A stretch of 63,698 nucleotides of DNA, filler included, from Klebsormidium nitens (lineage: Eukaryota > Plantae > Klebsormidiophyceae): the NCBI GenBank assembly GCA_000708835.1. It is 8 parts of 8 records of this genome, joined end to end, with 100 filler letters (N's around TTAATTAATTAA, not from the genome) between each part and the next. Parts side by side here need not be neighbours in the genome. Positions count along the whole stretch, not along the records: positions 32,930 to 52,669 come from DF237928.1; 7 more parts are not named here. One strand, 5' to 3'. Within the stretch, counting starts at the first letter, position 1. Each line of letters opens with the position of its first letter. The notes under the pieces are model-generated. The model was given only the letters and a program-made list of their open reading frames with translations, made no database searches and was not told the DNA's origin. A program made the translations under genes and the position numbers. This document shows, in pieces, positions 36,057-48,900 of this stretch.

Positions 36057-39000
36057 ATGGTGTTGGCGTCCGGCTCCGCTTGTGCGAGCATCTCGAGCAG
36101 GGAGGTGTCCATCGGTGCCTTCAGAGACCAATGGAAGAGTGGTCTCTCGGGATCAAGCCCATTGCGGAACACTTCGTCAGGGCCCAAAGCCGTGAGCTTG
36201 AGAAAGAGCTTCCATCCACCATTGGGAACATCGTCGCCGCCGCAACTGCAATCTTTTTGGCGACGGGCAACGTTACTGCGTGGCAGGCAGTCTGGTGCCA
36301 GCGCTTCCTTGCTTGACTGCGGCAATTTCCGGAGCTTTGGGCCTGCTAGGTCTGTTAGACGTTGGTCGAAGCGCGAGGTTGCTGCCCGCAGTACTCAAGA
36401 CTGGGACTCCAACACCATCTCTCTGGACAGCAGCGTTAGCTTTCCTGCGTCGGAGGAGGCAGTGGAAGAACGTATCAGTCAAGCGGAAGAGGCAAGCAGC
36501 TCAAATGGTGGTGCGCGCCACGCCACACCTGCCGCTCCAGAACCCTCGGCGGACGAGGCTTTCAGGCTTTCCACGCCAGCTGACGGGGAGGCCGGGGCAG
36601 CGGAACCCAGTACGTCGGGGCGAAGCAGCGAGGCTGCGGCAGAGGCGGAGTCAAGCGGGAAAGGGGATGCAAGCCTGGGGCAGAGGGTGCGGCGGCTCTT
36701 CGCGTTTTTGAGGACGATTGGCCCTGGCGGGGAGTGGTGGAACATCGAGGGGAGCAGGGTGCCGCTGAACAAGCAGGAGTCGGGGCAGGTGTTCAGCAGG
36801 GTGTGCCGCCTCGTGGCGGAGCGGCCGGTCATGCCGCTCTGCGCGCTCTGCTTCCTCGTGCTGGCCTCGGTGAGCTCCAGCAGTGCGCACCGCCGCTTGA
36901 CTGCTTGTCAGAGCGCGTCTACTTTGATAACCGAGGGGAACAGATTTGTTCGCTGATCCTGATGTGTTCCCTGTGATAGGAAGATTAGTGCCGCAGCTGC
37001 TGTCAATTCCTTGGATGGCACTTTATAAAGTAGCGTGCATCCAGCTGTGCTGGACGTTCTTGTGGCGCCCACATGTCGTCTAGCAGAATGGCGCCGGCTG
37101 TTCACTGAGCTGTTCTTGCCCAGCCGATGCCACCCCGCATGCCCTGTGGTTTGGCTGAACGCCAACCCCTGGAAAAAGGTTCGTGCAAAGTGTCCGCACC
37201 AAGGTGCAGCGAGCTTGTGGGAGAAGCCAGCTGAAAGCATTCAGGCCTTGGATTGCGTTCCGGTCTCAAGCAAGCAACCTCAACCCCGATTGGCAGGGGC
37301 TTATGGGGAACAGACTCGGCACTGACCCCCCTGCTGGTGCCTTTCTCGTGGCGCAGCTGTCGGAGCTGGCCATCCCGCACTTCATCACGTCCACCATCTT
37401 CGCCGCCTCCCAGAACAACCGGCCGCAGTTCCTGGCCAACGCACGCTTCCTGTGCGTCATGGCCGTCTCCTTTGGCCTCTTCAGTGGCCTCCGCGGCGTG
37501 TGCTTTGCCGTGGCCAACCAGCAGCTCATCCTGCGCATGCGCACCGCCCTCTACAAAACAATCATACGCCAGGTGCGGAACAAACAGCAACTTGAGGTTC
37601 TTGATCCAAAGTCATTGATACGAGGAGGAAGACCGAAGTCAATAAAAGCTGCAACATCAAGTGGAGATGTCTGGAGCCGGTCCGAGGTCACAAAGTAAGG
37701 AGCTCGTATGCTTTCAACGATGGGCATGGCATGTGCCATATTTTACCAACGGGAGTACTCCTTCAATTGGAGAACAAAGGAGCTACTACGTTATAGGCAT
37801 TCAATTGCCTAAAAAACAGGTCGACCAAGGTCAGTGGCTGAGGTTGACAGTTCGGCCTCCGCGATCAGTGAGAAGCACTCTCTCTTGTGTCGTTAGATCC
37901 CTTTCATGAACGGGTTGGCCTTTCATCAAACGGTTGGAAATGCGCAGTCATCTACACCACAATCCGATCCCACCATCCCAAGTGGACACCGGTGTGACAT
38001 GTGCCGTGCGCTGCCGTTGCGCAGGAGGTGTCGTACTTCGACCAGACGGCGGTGGGCGACCTGACGAGCCGGCTGGGGAACGACTGCCAGGCGGTGGCTA
38101 AGGTCCTGGGGATCAACGTCAACGTCATGCTCAGGAACGCGCTCCAAGTGAGGCCCGACGCTGGGGTCGGTTCTCGACGTTTCTGTCCTGGTTAGGTCTC
38201 ATATGGCCCAACTGAACGAAATAGACAGCGACATGGACACTCAACATATGCTTGGTACGGGGCAGGCTGGACCACGATTCAGGCTCCTGAGCGAGCCACG
38301 TTCGACTGTACAGAGCTGCAATTCGTACAAGGATGAGGAAAGAGGACGAGGAAAAGTTTCTCCCTTTTCTGGTCTCTTGGCAGCTGCCTTTTCCTTTGAC
38401 AATAATACTTAACCCTTTGAAGCCTCCTTTCAACTTTGATGGAATGGCTGGACAAAGTATATATGTGAGCAGCAAGTAACTGGAGTGATGGTTGACCGAC
38501 ATTGGAATCTTCCCTTCCCTCCTCTGTGCAAGAGTCGCTTGGAACGCTCGTTAACCGCAGGAGTGAAATGAATACCTTAAGGCGTGAGTGGGGCACCTCG
38601 AAGGGGCGTTCCCCGCAGCTTCATTCGCTGAATGGTCAAACGGCGGACCTTGAGCCCCTTTTCCTTGCGCGCAGGTGGTGGGCGGCATGGCGTACCTGGT
38701 GTCGCTGTCGCGCTTCCTGTCGGTGACGACGGCGGTGGTGTGCGTGGCCATGGGCGGCGTCATGTTTGTGGCGGGGCGCTACCAGCAGGTGGCGGCGCGC
38801 GTGGTGCAGGACACGCTGGCCAAGGCCAACGAGGTCGCCGAGGAGTCCTTCTCGCTCGCCAAGATGGTGCGCACCTTCGGCACCGAAATGCAGGAGGCAG
38901 CCAGGTGAGACGGCACTCCGTATGCGATCTGACCGTTGTGCCTGCCCAAACTTGGTGCTGACGTGTAAGAAGCAGTGGCGTGCTCCTTGCTCACCGGAAG

Positions 39001-42000
39001 AAGGGTCCACTAACACTGGCGCAACTTGCAAAGGCCGCAAATGAGGCCGTTCCTGTCCACTTCTTATTCTTGAGCATGCATCGTGTGAAACACAGGGGGA
39101 AAAAATCTCTGCGGCAAACGATCTGACAGCAGCAGATCGGGCAGTCTCACTACCTCGTGTGCAAAACCGGAGGCTTGCCTAGAAACTTCCGTCGGTCGTC
39201 AAGGTCGATCAGAACTAAAACTACGCAGCAGCCTTGAAGTGGCAAGGGAAATCCAAGGACATGGCGCTCCGCATCAAAACCGCGGCTGTGGTTGTTTGGC
39301 GCCAGGTATCGGCGGCAGGCGCAGGAGATCGTGAACCTGAACAAGCGGCAGGCCGCGGTGTACGGCATCAGCGCGTGCCTCACCAACATGCTCTACTACT
39401 TCCTCGTGAGCCGCCCCGCCGCAGCGCATGCCTGCTCTCCTGTTGCGGGGTCACCACTGTGGCGCTCATTGCATCTGGCCAACGGGTAGCCCGGCATGTC
39501 GTCGAAGCTTGAAGCAATTTTCATTCACGGGACTTCTTCTCTTTCCGCCTAGGAGCTGCTCTTCTTCCTTTTGTGCTCTGCCTCCTTGCGTCCTTTTTCG
39601 ATGGTCGAAAGGCCGTACCAAGACCTTGCCTGGTTTCACGTCGACGCTGTCCCCCACCCCCCTGCCAACACCGCCGCAAGCCCCCCCCTCCGTGCGCCGC
39701 AGGTGGTGTTTGCGCTGTACTTCGGCGGCGGGCACGTGATGGCGGGCGGCATCAGCGGGCAGGACCTGACGACGTTCGTGCTATACGTGGAGATGGTGGG
39801 CAGCGCCGCGTACATGGTCGTGGACCAGTGGGCGTCGCTCATGGAGGCGCTCGGCTCCTCCGCCGAGGTCTTCAAGATGATTGACATGCCGCCCGCGAAC
39901 CAGCTCGTGACGCCAGGTCAGCAGACCCGCCCCAAAAGGCGGCCAGGCCGCGATGCTGGCGGCAGTTGCAAACCGGCTGGGTTGTTCCTGCATACTGGAA
40001 CAGAAATTTGAGAGCACCCTAGGTCATGTTCTACAGCTTCTCGGATTCGTTGGTGATGCATCGAAGTCCAGTCCCGTGGCGTACAGAAGAACCGGTTGAA
40101 TGTTGCCACGAGGGGGTTGGGAGGCCTTGCCTGCTTGAAGCCTGATGGATGACGTTTCGAGAGATTTGACGGTGCAACCAGGCCATACTTCGCAAGTCGA
40201 AGTAGTCGCTGCCTCATCTACCCACAAGGAGGGGACTCGATCTCCGGGTGTGTATAATGCTTCCTTGTGATGGAAGAGCAACGGGCTGACGGTTTCGGGC
40301 TTCCCCGCAGGGCGCGTGCTGCCTGCGTTGCGCGGCCACATCGAGTTCCGCGGCCTGCACTTCCGGTACCCGGCCCGGCCGCACACGCCCGTGCTGACGG
40401 ACATCAACCTCACCGTTCAACCAGGACAGCTCGTCGCATTTGTGAGCCGCCTTGCTACATGCTTTTTCAAGGCTCGTCCCCAGGAGGGTCACGTTGGAAG
40501 CAGCTTCCGTTTGGGCATCATCTCCTAGGCTCACTTCGAGGGTCACGTGGTGCTAGTGAAACTCGACTCCTATGATTGTTGTGGGGAATAGTTGGCTGAA
40601 TGTTGCTGAGCAGTATTCGCTACTTGGATATCTTCCTTATTTGCGACATGAGAGACAGGTTGAGCTCTTGGCATACGCTTTACGACAGATTTACGGGCAG
40701 GGGCGCGAAGCCTGGCTCGAACGTGCGGGACATGCACCCTGCGTGTGAACGAGGCTTTGCTGCACACGAATTCAGACGGAAGGCAGGCTGTTGTCAAGAG
40801 TTGATTCCGTTGATTGAGGGGGTGACGTGCGAGCCTCCTTTGAACGTTAAGGCATCAGACATCTGCAACCTTCCCGGGACCGTTTACTTTTGTCGGCTCA
40901 GTACTTGTTGGATTGGCCTATACATCTACCTGGAAGAGGAAATCAGTTGGCAAACGGCAAATATGAAGAGCCTTTGGATTTCCAGACGTTGGCCTGGCAG
41001 TGGAGCGAAGCTGCTGAGGTTTTCTAGTGCATGTTCGCAACACCCATTTGGTGCAAAGCTGTGAGCTACGGAGCGAGAGGCGATAAAGCGTGCTAGCCCG
41101 CTCGACTGACGCGTCGCCCCCCCTGTTATTGTGCGTGTTGCCAGGTTGGCTTGAGTGGCAGCGGCAAGAGCACGCTGATCCACCTGCTGCAGCGCCACTA
41201 CGACCCCTCCGAGGGCCGCGTCCTCGTCGACGGGCAGCCCCTGCCCGATTTGGACGCCGCCTGGTTCCGCATGCAGCTCGGCGTCGTCAGCCAGGTGAGG
41301 CCGCCAGCACGCGGCAGCCGGCCACGGGGCGGCACTCAGGACCTTGGACTTGTAGTCCGAAGTATGCCGCATTCTCCTTGCTGTGCTAAGTGACGCTTCT
41401 TAGATTGCTTATTGGTGCTCGAAGCTAAGGGGACGAGATATTGCGACTTTAAGCGCGGGACTTTCCGGAATTTTCCGTCGGCCATGGTGTGCGTCGTGAA
41501 AGTAGATGATAGGAGCACTTTTTGAGGTTGGGGGGCTTGCAGGAAGAGCCAGCATCCGGGTCGTTCTGAATCCCCGGATGGTGGGACGCGCCCGCAACGG
41601 CTTCGCCGAGGACCCCCGCTGCCCCCTCCTGACGCTCGCCCCCTGCGCAGGACCCGCACCTGTTCTCGACGAGCATTGCGGAGAACATTGCCTACGGCGC
41701 GGGCCCCGTCTCCCGCAGCGAGATCGAGGCTGCGGCGCGCACTGCCAACGCGCACGACTTCATCACTGCGATGCCGGCGGGGTACGACACGGTGGTCAGC
41801 GACGGCCGGCTCAGCGGCGGGCAGCGCCAGCGGGTGGCCATCGCGCGCGCGCTCGTGCGCAACCCCACCATCCTCATCCTAGGTGAGGTGGCACCGGCAG
41901 TGGCGCCGGGGAGCTTGTTCTCCATCCCTTGTTCTACACTGTGTTCCTTATTCAAAAGTGACACCTCGGGTGCTCCTCCGGCGCTGTCGTAAGCAAACGG

Positions 42001-43014
42001 TGAGTTTCAAGTCGTACGACATCCCTGCTGAGCTGCTCGTCAGACGCTGTCGAGTGTGCCCTCCGCCCGCGTCGGCCGTTGCGTGGCACCACCGCTGACG
42101 TGGCTGTGCGTGGTGCAGACGAGGCGACGAGTGCGCTGGACGTGGACAGCGAGCGGCTGGTGCAGTCCGCGCTTGACGCCGCCATGCAGCCCGGCACCGC
42201 CGCCAAGCAGCGCACCGTGCTCGTCATCGCCCACCGGTGAGCCCGTGCCCCGCAGAAACTCTCACTGGGGCACGCGTGTTAGCTCCCGGGCAGCAGAAGC
42301 GGCATGGGAGAACGGGGCGAGCGGGCAGCTTTACGGTGTCACCTTTCGAGGCCGCATGTGTGCGAGGGACGGCAGGACGGGCGGCCTTCTGTGAGACTTT
42401 TCCGAGCCGGACGCCCATTTTTTGCTGAGCCGCGGTCACGCTCAGCCGTTGTACTCTTTGGTGACAATCTGGATATGCTGACGGCTCGACGGCCCTTGCT
42501 GTCTTGGTTTCCCTGGTTGTTCCATTGTAGGTGCAGCTCACAGTGCGAGTGCGTTGTGTGCAGGTTGACCACTGTGCGCAATGCCAATCTCATTGTTGCA
42601 ATGAAGCACGGCCGGATTGTCGAGGTGAGATTCCTGGCCGCAGCCTTGACCTGGAAACGTACATTCACCCCGTGCGCAGGGGTACGCTGATTTCACCATG
42701 TGCACGAAGTCAATGAACGCTTGACGACTCTGTTGTGAAAGAGCCCAAGCGCTTGCATAGGACCCGCTCGACACTGCGGAGGTTTACGCGAGTTTTGCTG
42801 GCGAAGGGGTAGCAGTGCTTGGACACAAGGCGTCGGTACCCCTAGTTGCTTTTCAACCTGCCCGATAGCCTGTGGGCTCGCGTGCAAGCCACTGTTGGCT
42901 TCTGCTTGCTGATGAAGCAGTCTCGTGTTGTTGCAGACTGGTACGCACGACGAGTTGATGGCGCATGGAGGGGAGTACGCACGACTGGCACAGCGGCAGC
43001 TCAGTCAGGCCTAG
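36057..43014 (+). CDS. ABCB (TAP-like) half-size ABC transporter, probably plastid-targeted, 12 exons, about 821 aa
   Basis: Exons 36057-36869, 37357-37572, 38025-38147, 38675-38904, 39306-39405, 39703-39916, 40311-40441, 41145-41294, 41651-41882, 42119-42236, 42564-42624, 42937-43014, phase-consistent (2466 nt). [13 protein letters not shown], Walker [11 protein letters not shown]-loop VSQ, signature LSGGQRQ, Walker B ILILD|EATSALD, H-loop IAHR; long Ser-rich N-terminal extension. Confidence 0.93.
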
Positions 43015-45967
43015 CGGGCGAAAGAGGCTGCGAGGAAGCATCCTGCCCCTCTGAGCCAACGAGGTGGTGGATCGAGCAGTTGCGAGTTCGGGGACGATAC
43101 TTGTAATATAAGTTGATCTCGATCAAAATTAGGACTTCAGTACCGCGATCAAGTACCCTGCTGGGACATGTCAGATCGGATGCGGTTCCCTCGGCTGGTT
43201 ACATCGTTTGAGGCGTCAACTGAACATGGACTTGCAGACCTTTGGGGCGTGGAGGTGCTGAGTTCACGCTTTGATATCGCTGACGAACGTCTCGTTAAGA
43301 GGCTCGCAGGATTGCTAGCCTGCCTCTTGCTGGCAACAACGTACATTCCAGAATCCCGTTATGGCGGCTACTTGCGGCAAGAATCTCAATTGCATGCGTG
43401 TTGAGAGTGAACTGCGTCGTCGATGTTATGTGCACTGGCTTGGTAGCTTGTGCTAGCTTCATGGTTGAATCCTATCTGACTCGGTGCGGTGAAAACGAAC
43501 TTAGCTAGAGAACTTGATTGTACCATCAAGTACGTCCGACAACCATCATGGTGACGGTTGACCCGCTAGTTGGTCAATGAATGAATGAATGAACGACATG
43601 TCATTCAATCATTGCCGCTGCAGACCACACAGTGCGCCGGGAGCCTCCATGAGGCGCGGCTAACTGGCTAGTAGAAATATGCATGTCTAGCTAGGGCGGC
43701 TGCATGCATCAGGCATATGCAAACTACCATATGGGCCAGGGTCATGCATAATATAAACTAAAATGTTATGTCAGAACGTTGAGCCGCGCCCTAGTGCGTG
43801 CCGGCTCCCGGCCTCTATTCATGCAACGTACGAGTTAAGGTTGCCATGTTCAATTTGGATCGTAGTCACACGGTCACGCGTGCAATGTTTATGCGCGGCA
43901 TGCCAATATGATATAACCGTTGAACAATGATGAGGGCATGTATGAACTTTGCGTCCATTCAAGTTTTTGCATAGCTAGGCGTATAAGCTAGTTTTTACGA
44001 CCCTCGCTAAGTTGTCTGCACCGAACTTCGGAAGCATGAGCCTGCTTTGGCGGGCTTGCGGAGTGTGGCGAGCTCGCCACTGCTTGTAGTAGCAATTACC
44101 CGTGACCATGCAAAACGACCGTATCGTAAATTGGCATTCTCACTAAAGTCATAATTAAAATCAAACATCACGCGATCGTTGGGCCGGGGCCCGGGCAAAG
44201 ACAACAATTCAACACTCTGCCATGCAGCACGCACACAGCACGTGCGTTCCTATATTTAAGATAGTACATGATCGAGTCCGATCGACGTAGTCCGAGTGAT
44301 CCGACCAAGACGCTCGAGAATTGCATGAAGCCGCGCGCAGCTGGCGGCTAGCCTGGGCATGCCTTAAAGGACTTCAAATATAGTTATGCAGCGCTGTATG
44401 TGCATATACTTTGTTGCATGTATGCTTGAATCACTAGGCGGGTCACGGGTGGCCACATATCATCGACCTGTCACTCCGTCTGAGTCAATCTCGTATTGAC
44501 GTACCGTACGCCGACGTACTGGCGCAGCTTGCTTGCGACCTTACGTCAGTGACATACCGTGGTGAGCCTATGGAGGGCCTAGATCGGGCCCGCCGCCAGA
44601 CCCGCAATGGGCCCCTGCGACCCTGCTAATGATTCTGATCGATCGGATTGCTTCTAGCCCGAGAAGAAACCGCGCTATAGGCTACTCGGGCCCGTCACGG
44701 GGCGTGATTAGCCTAGCATAGTGTTCTATTCTTGGCTCAGCTCGCATGGCAAGCGACAAATTGATCGAGCCTTGATCTGACCGGCCATTCATTTGCATGA
44801 CATCCGACGTGGTTTTCCGAGGGATGCTTGCATGATTCCCGTGGAGAGATATATGATAATTTAATTTAGATATAATCATTAATGGACATGATCGAAATTT
44901 AATTAATTGCAGCTACGTAGCATGCGAGTCAGCTGCAGTGCAGCCTAGAGTCAATTGCATATCACCGGGGCCGGTACGGTCTCACCGGATCGAGGCGGCA
45001 AAGTTGTCTGACCGCACCGTGGCTTAGCGCGTGGGGCCCAAAGGGTTTAGAACAGCAGTGACCATGCATCTGACCGGACGCACGCGTACTAATCATGGTC
45101 GGAAGCTCAGAATCAACACGTACCTTACCTATCATTATGATCGATCAAACATCGGATCAGAGCTGCACTCGGGCCCCCGATCGGACTTCTTAATGGCAAT
45201 GCATACACGTTTAACTTGCTCATGATTAATTGAAGTAGTTGTACATATGCATCGTGCGTTACCGCCGGGTGCTATTCCGCCTAGCATTGGATGAGGTCAA
45301 TATATGAACGATTGACTCAAACTAGGGATACTTTCTAAGTCACAAAAACTCTACAAAATCTCGACAACGCAACGTACCATACTTGTTGATTTAATATATT
45401 CTTGAAAAGCCTGAGTCACGAGTAAGGCTGGTCTTAGAGTTTCAGCAAGAAGTATCTCGACTATCCGCGTTATGTTAACAAGTCAATAAAGAATTGAAGA
45501 CAATAACTATCCGATCAATGTATATCCGGCCCACGACTAAGAACTATCAAACTGTTGCCACAAGAGCAGCTAGACGTTTAGAATGCACCATCGATTACGA
45601 TGCACTTGAGTACGTAGAGCTTATAACGAGTCAACACAGTCAATCGCTACTTGGAAGTCAGTACTAAAGCACCCCGTTGCACAGCACCTCGTACCGTCAC
45701 GAACTTACTAGCACCTGGACCTCGAAATCTTTCCATGGATTTGCGGTCGTTTGACGAACCTCGCAGATTATTTTCCGACAGTCCTAGGATCTCTCGGAGT
45801 ATTAACTTGCGCACAACCAATCATATCTCTCACACGTAGTCGTACATGACTGTCCTGACTTACTCATGGGGCGGAAAGCCGAAGTGGAGTTGCCGGTTGA
45901 CGCCCGGTTCTCCTCGCTGAGACCTTCGCCCATGACACGATGGGATTGGCAGAGTTGACGAGGCTGT

Positions 45968-48900
45968 TCACACGCACACCGGCCCCCACACCAAGCTGCA
46001 CACCGTCTGTGCTGGTTCTCTCTCCGAGAGGCACACACGAGTGCGCGATATAGCCGCCGAGTAGACGGCCGTGACAAGTCTGCGGGCCGCTCCCGCTTCC
46101 CCTTGCCAGGGCCCCGTGCCAATTGTGCACCCGAAGCCAACGGGCACCTGCTGGCCGCCTTTGCTGCCAAGCTGACCCCCCCCCCCCGGGGCCTGCCTCA
46201 CGACCTGCTGCCAGACCGGGGACGGCTTGCCTGCCGCACCCTGCTCCCGCGTGCCTTGCTTGACTGAAGAATGGAGGGCACCGAGGTTCTCTTTGCGTGT
46301 CCCGTTGAGCGTCATGTTGTCTGGGGCCGCTTGCCCCGGCACACCTGGGACTCCCATTGCTGCGCTGGCGGCCCTTCTGGCTGCCTTGCCAGAGAAGGCC
46401 GCCCTCTCACCACTCGGCACCTCAGCGGGCCCCCCTGACCCGCGGATCCTTTCCGCTGTGTGGCGCCATCCACGCTCCCTTGCCCACGCTGCGAGGCGCG
46501 CGCTCTTGCCTTCCTTTCTTTGCCCCCCCAACGCCCACCCCAAATCGGCCACCAGTGCGTCGGCGCTGCTCTCTGCAGCGCGCCGCGCGGCACTGTCCGG
46601 CGGGCCGCTGCTATGGAGCTGCGCGTCAAGCTGGGCCAGCTCCGCAGCCAAGGCGGCGTCGGCCACGAGCAGCGGCTTCATGTTGCTCGGGCAGCCGCCG
46701 CGGTCCACCTGCGCGCAAGCGGGCACGCGTCAGCAGGACGGGAGGCCAGCCCGACAGGGCCAGAAACGTTTACCGGCATACGACCGATAGAGAGGCGATT
46801 TGGCGGGCCAGTGTAGAACACCTTATTACAACTGGACGACTCGCACATGGGCGAGCCGTCTGCCGCATCAGCGTCCCAGACGTGCCACATCCCCGCCCTG
46901 GCCGCAGCGCGGCCTCACCTCGAGAAACATGCTCCCGCGGGCCTCCGGCGGCGGCCCGGCCATGGTCCACACCAATGTCTCCACTCCCGTCACGGGGTCC
47001 GCGCTCCAGGAGCTCGGCCCCACTGGGCCCGCCCCCACGCGCGGGCTCCACTCCTGCCCCCCGCACCGGGGAGGGGACGGAGCGAGGGGGGCGTCGTCGT
47101 CGTGGCTCCAGCTCACGGGGAGGCCCCGCCCAGAAGACGTGCCAGGGCGGGCGGGAGCGGCGCTGGGGCGGCTGTCCAGGAAGCGCTGCCCGTTGTGGAG
47201 GCACACCAGGCTGTAAGAACGGCAGGGGAGACGAGGAGCTTAAGGACGCTGGCGACAGGAGGGAGCCGATACCATTGCGGCAGGATGCAGCAGAATGCTC
47301 CAGGCCTCAGAACAGGGGACACAGATCAAGAGTACGTACAGCCACCCGGTCTTCCTAAGTCAGGAGTATGAGAGCGTCTGAATCGAACCAGACGGTCAGC
47401 ACGTCGATACAAACAAGCAGAGCGCATCAGGCCTCCCCTTGACTGCACACGAGATGTTGGACCCATCCCGCCCTGCCTGCGACGGGGCTGCAGGCCGGGA
47501 CTCTCACCGGTTGTTGGCATGCAGGAGGCCCCGTCCCGTGACGGTCATCTCGACCGGCTGGCCTGCGACCAGGCACCGGGGGTGCACGCTGAGGAGGACG
47601 GGGCCCTGCGCTGGGGTCAGAGGGCACACCCGCTGCACCACGCCTGCGTGCAAAAGAAGACGCGCGTGGGGCAGTAGGCATCAACCGGTCCTTCCACCCA
47701 TTGACTGGGCTGGTATGGTCAGCGCAGCAATGGCGGTCAGCGCAGGATCGCACTCGCTGATGCGGGAGGGCGCCCACCGGCCAGCACGCAGTGCAGACTG
47801 CACCCGGCCAGAAACTCGAGAGCCGCCCACTTCAGTGTACGAGTACGACATCCAGCTCCTCCGAGCGGGGGCATCACGCCTGGCACAGGCGAGGCCCGCC
47901 AGAAGCTCCAGCAGCTTGTTTGGGAGAGTGGAGGGGGCACAAGCCGCCGGGAGGAGGAAGGTGCGCGCTCACCTTGCTCCACGTGCGCCTCCATGCTGGT
48001 GGTGAAGGCCGTGAAGGTGCCGCCGGCCCAGGCCTGGCTGCGCACGAGGCCCGCCAGCAGCGGCAGCAGGTCGCGCTCCAGCTGCACGCGGGGTAACAAA
48101 GACGACTCAGCCACGCAGGCGGGCTAGAAGACGGAAGGAAGGCGGCGCGGGGAACAACCAGACGTTGCAGACAGAGCCAACGAGGCGCCTCCGGCTGCTG
48201 CGGCTCTAACGCGAGGTTGGCAAAGGTTGTTGAGATTCGGTTCCCTGCCTCACCGCGTCCCAGTCGGGGTGCGGCATGGCGAGGTAGGCGGAGACGTGGA
48301 CGCAGCCGGGGCGCAGGTACGTCTCCATGGCGGACGGGCGGCGCTGCAGCCAGTCCAGGATCTGCGCTAGCGCACGCATCAGCCGCATGCAAGTTATACA
48401 CAAGAGCAGCAAGGCCGAAGTGTGCTTCCTGCACCTTAAGGTACGGCAGTCCTTGAAGGCAGGGCATGGTCCTCGGGCACTGGCGGCCCCCTCCACCAAT
48501 GAGGGGTGCAGAGGCTCCTTGTGTGCAAACCCCAGCCTGGCCGCCAGCCGAGGTGTAGGGCAAGGATGACAGCTTCCAGCAAACTCATGGTCAGGAGCTG
48601 CGTGTGCATGAGAGGGATCCCCCTCGCATTTTCACGCCACAGCTCCCTCTTTCCTTTTAGAAAGCGTGTCAGTCCTCACCTGGTCGCGCAGGTCGTCGGG
48701 CAAATCATTGGGGTTCTTGTCAAACAGTTTGAACGAGATGCGCCCCGTGCGGTCCTGCGGAAGGTACGGCGCACTGTTGTGGTTGAGGCCGCCCCCGCGC
48801 TGCCCGCCCACCAGGCCCTCCAGCTGGCCCGCCCAGGGGGAGCCGCCCGCCTCCAGGCTGTTGGGCAAAGGGAACAGGCTGCTTGCCTCACCGCCTGCAG

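Noticed and set aside
35873-36325. 150-aa minus-strand ORF that looks protein-like
   Set aside because: Overlaps antisense the ABCB start and transit-peptide region; no recognisable motif.
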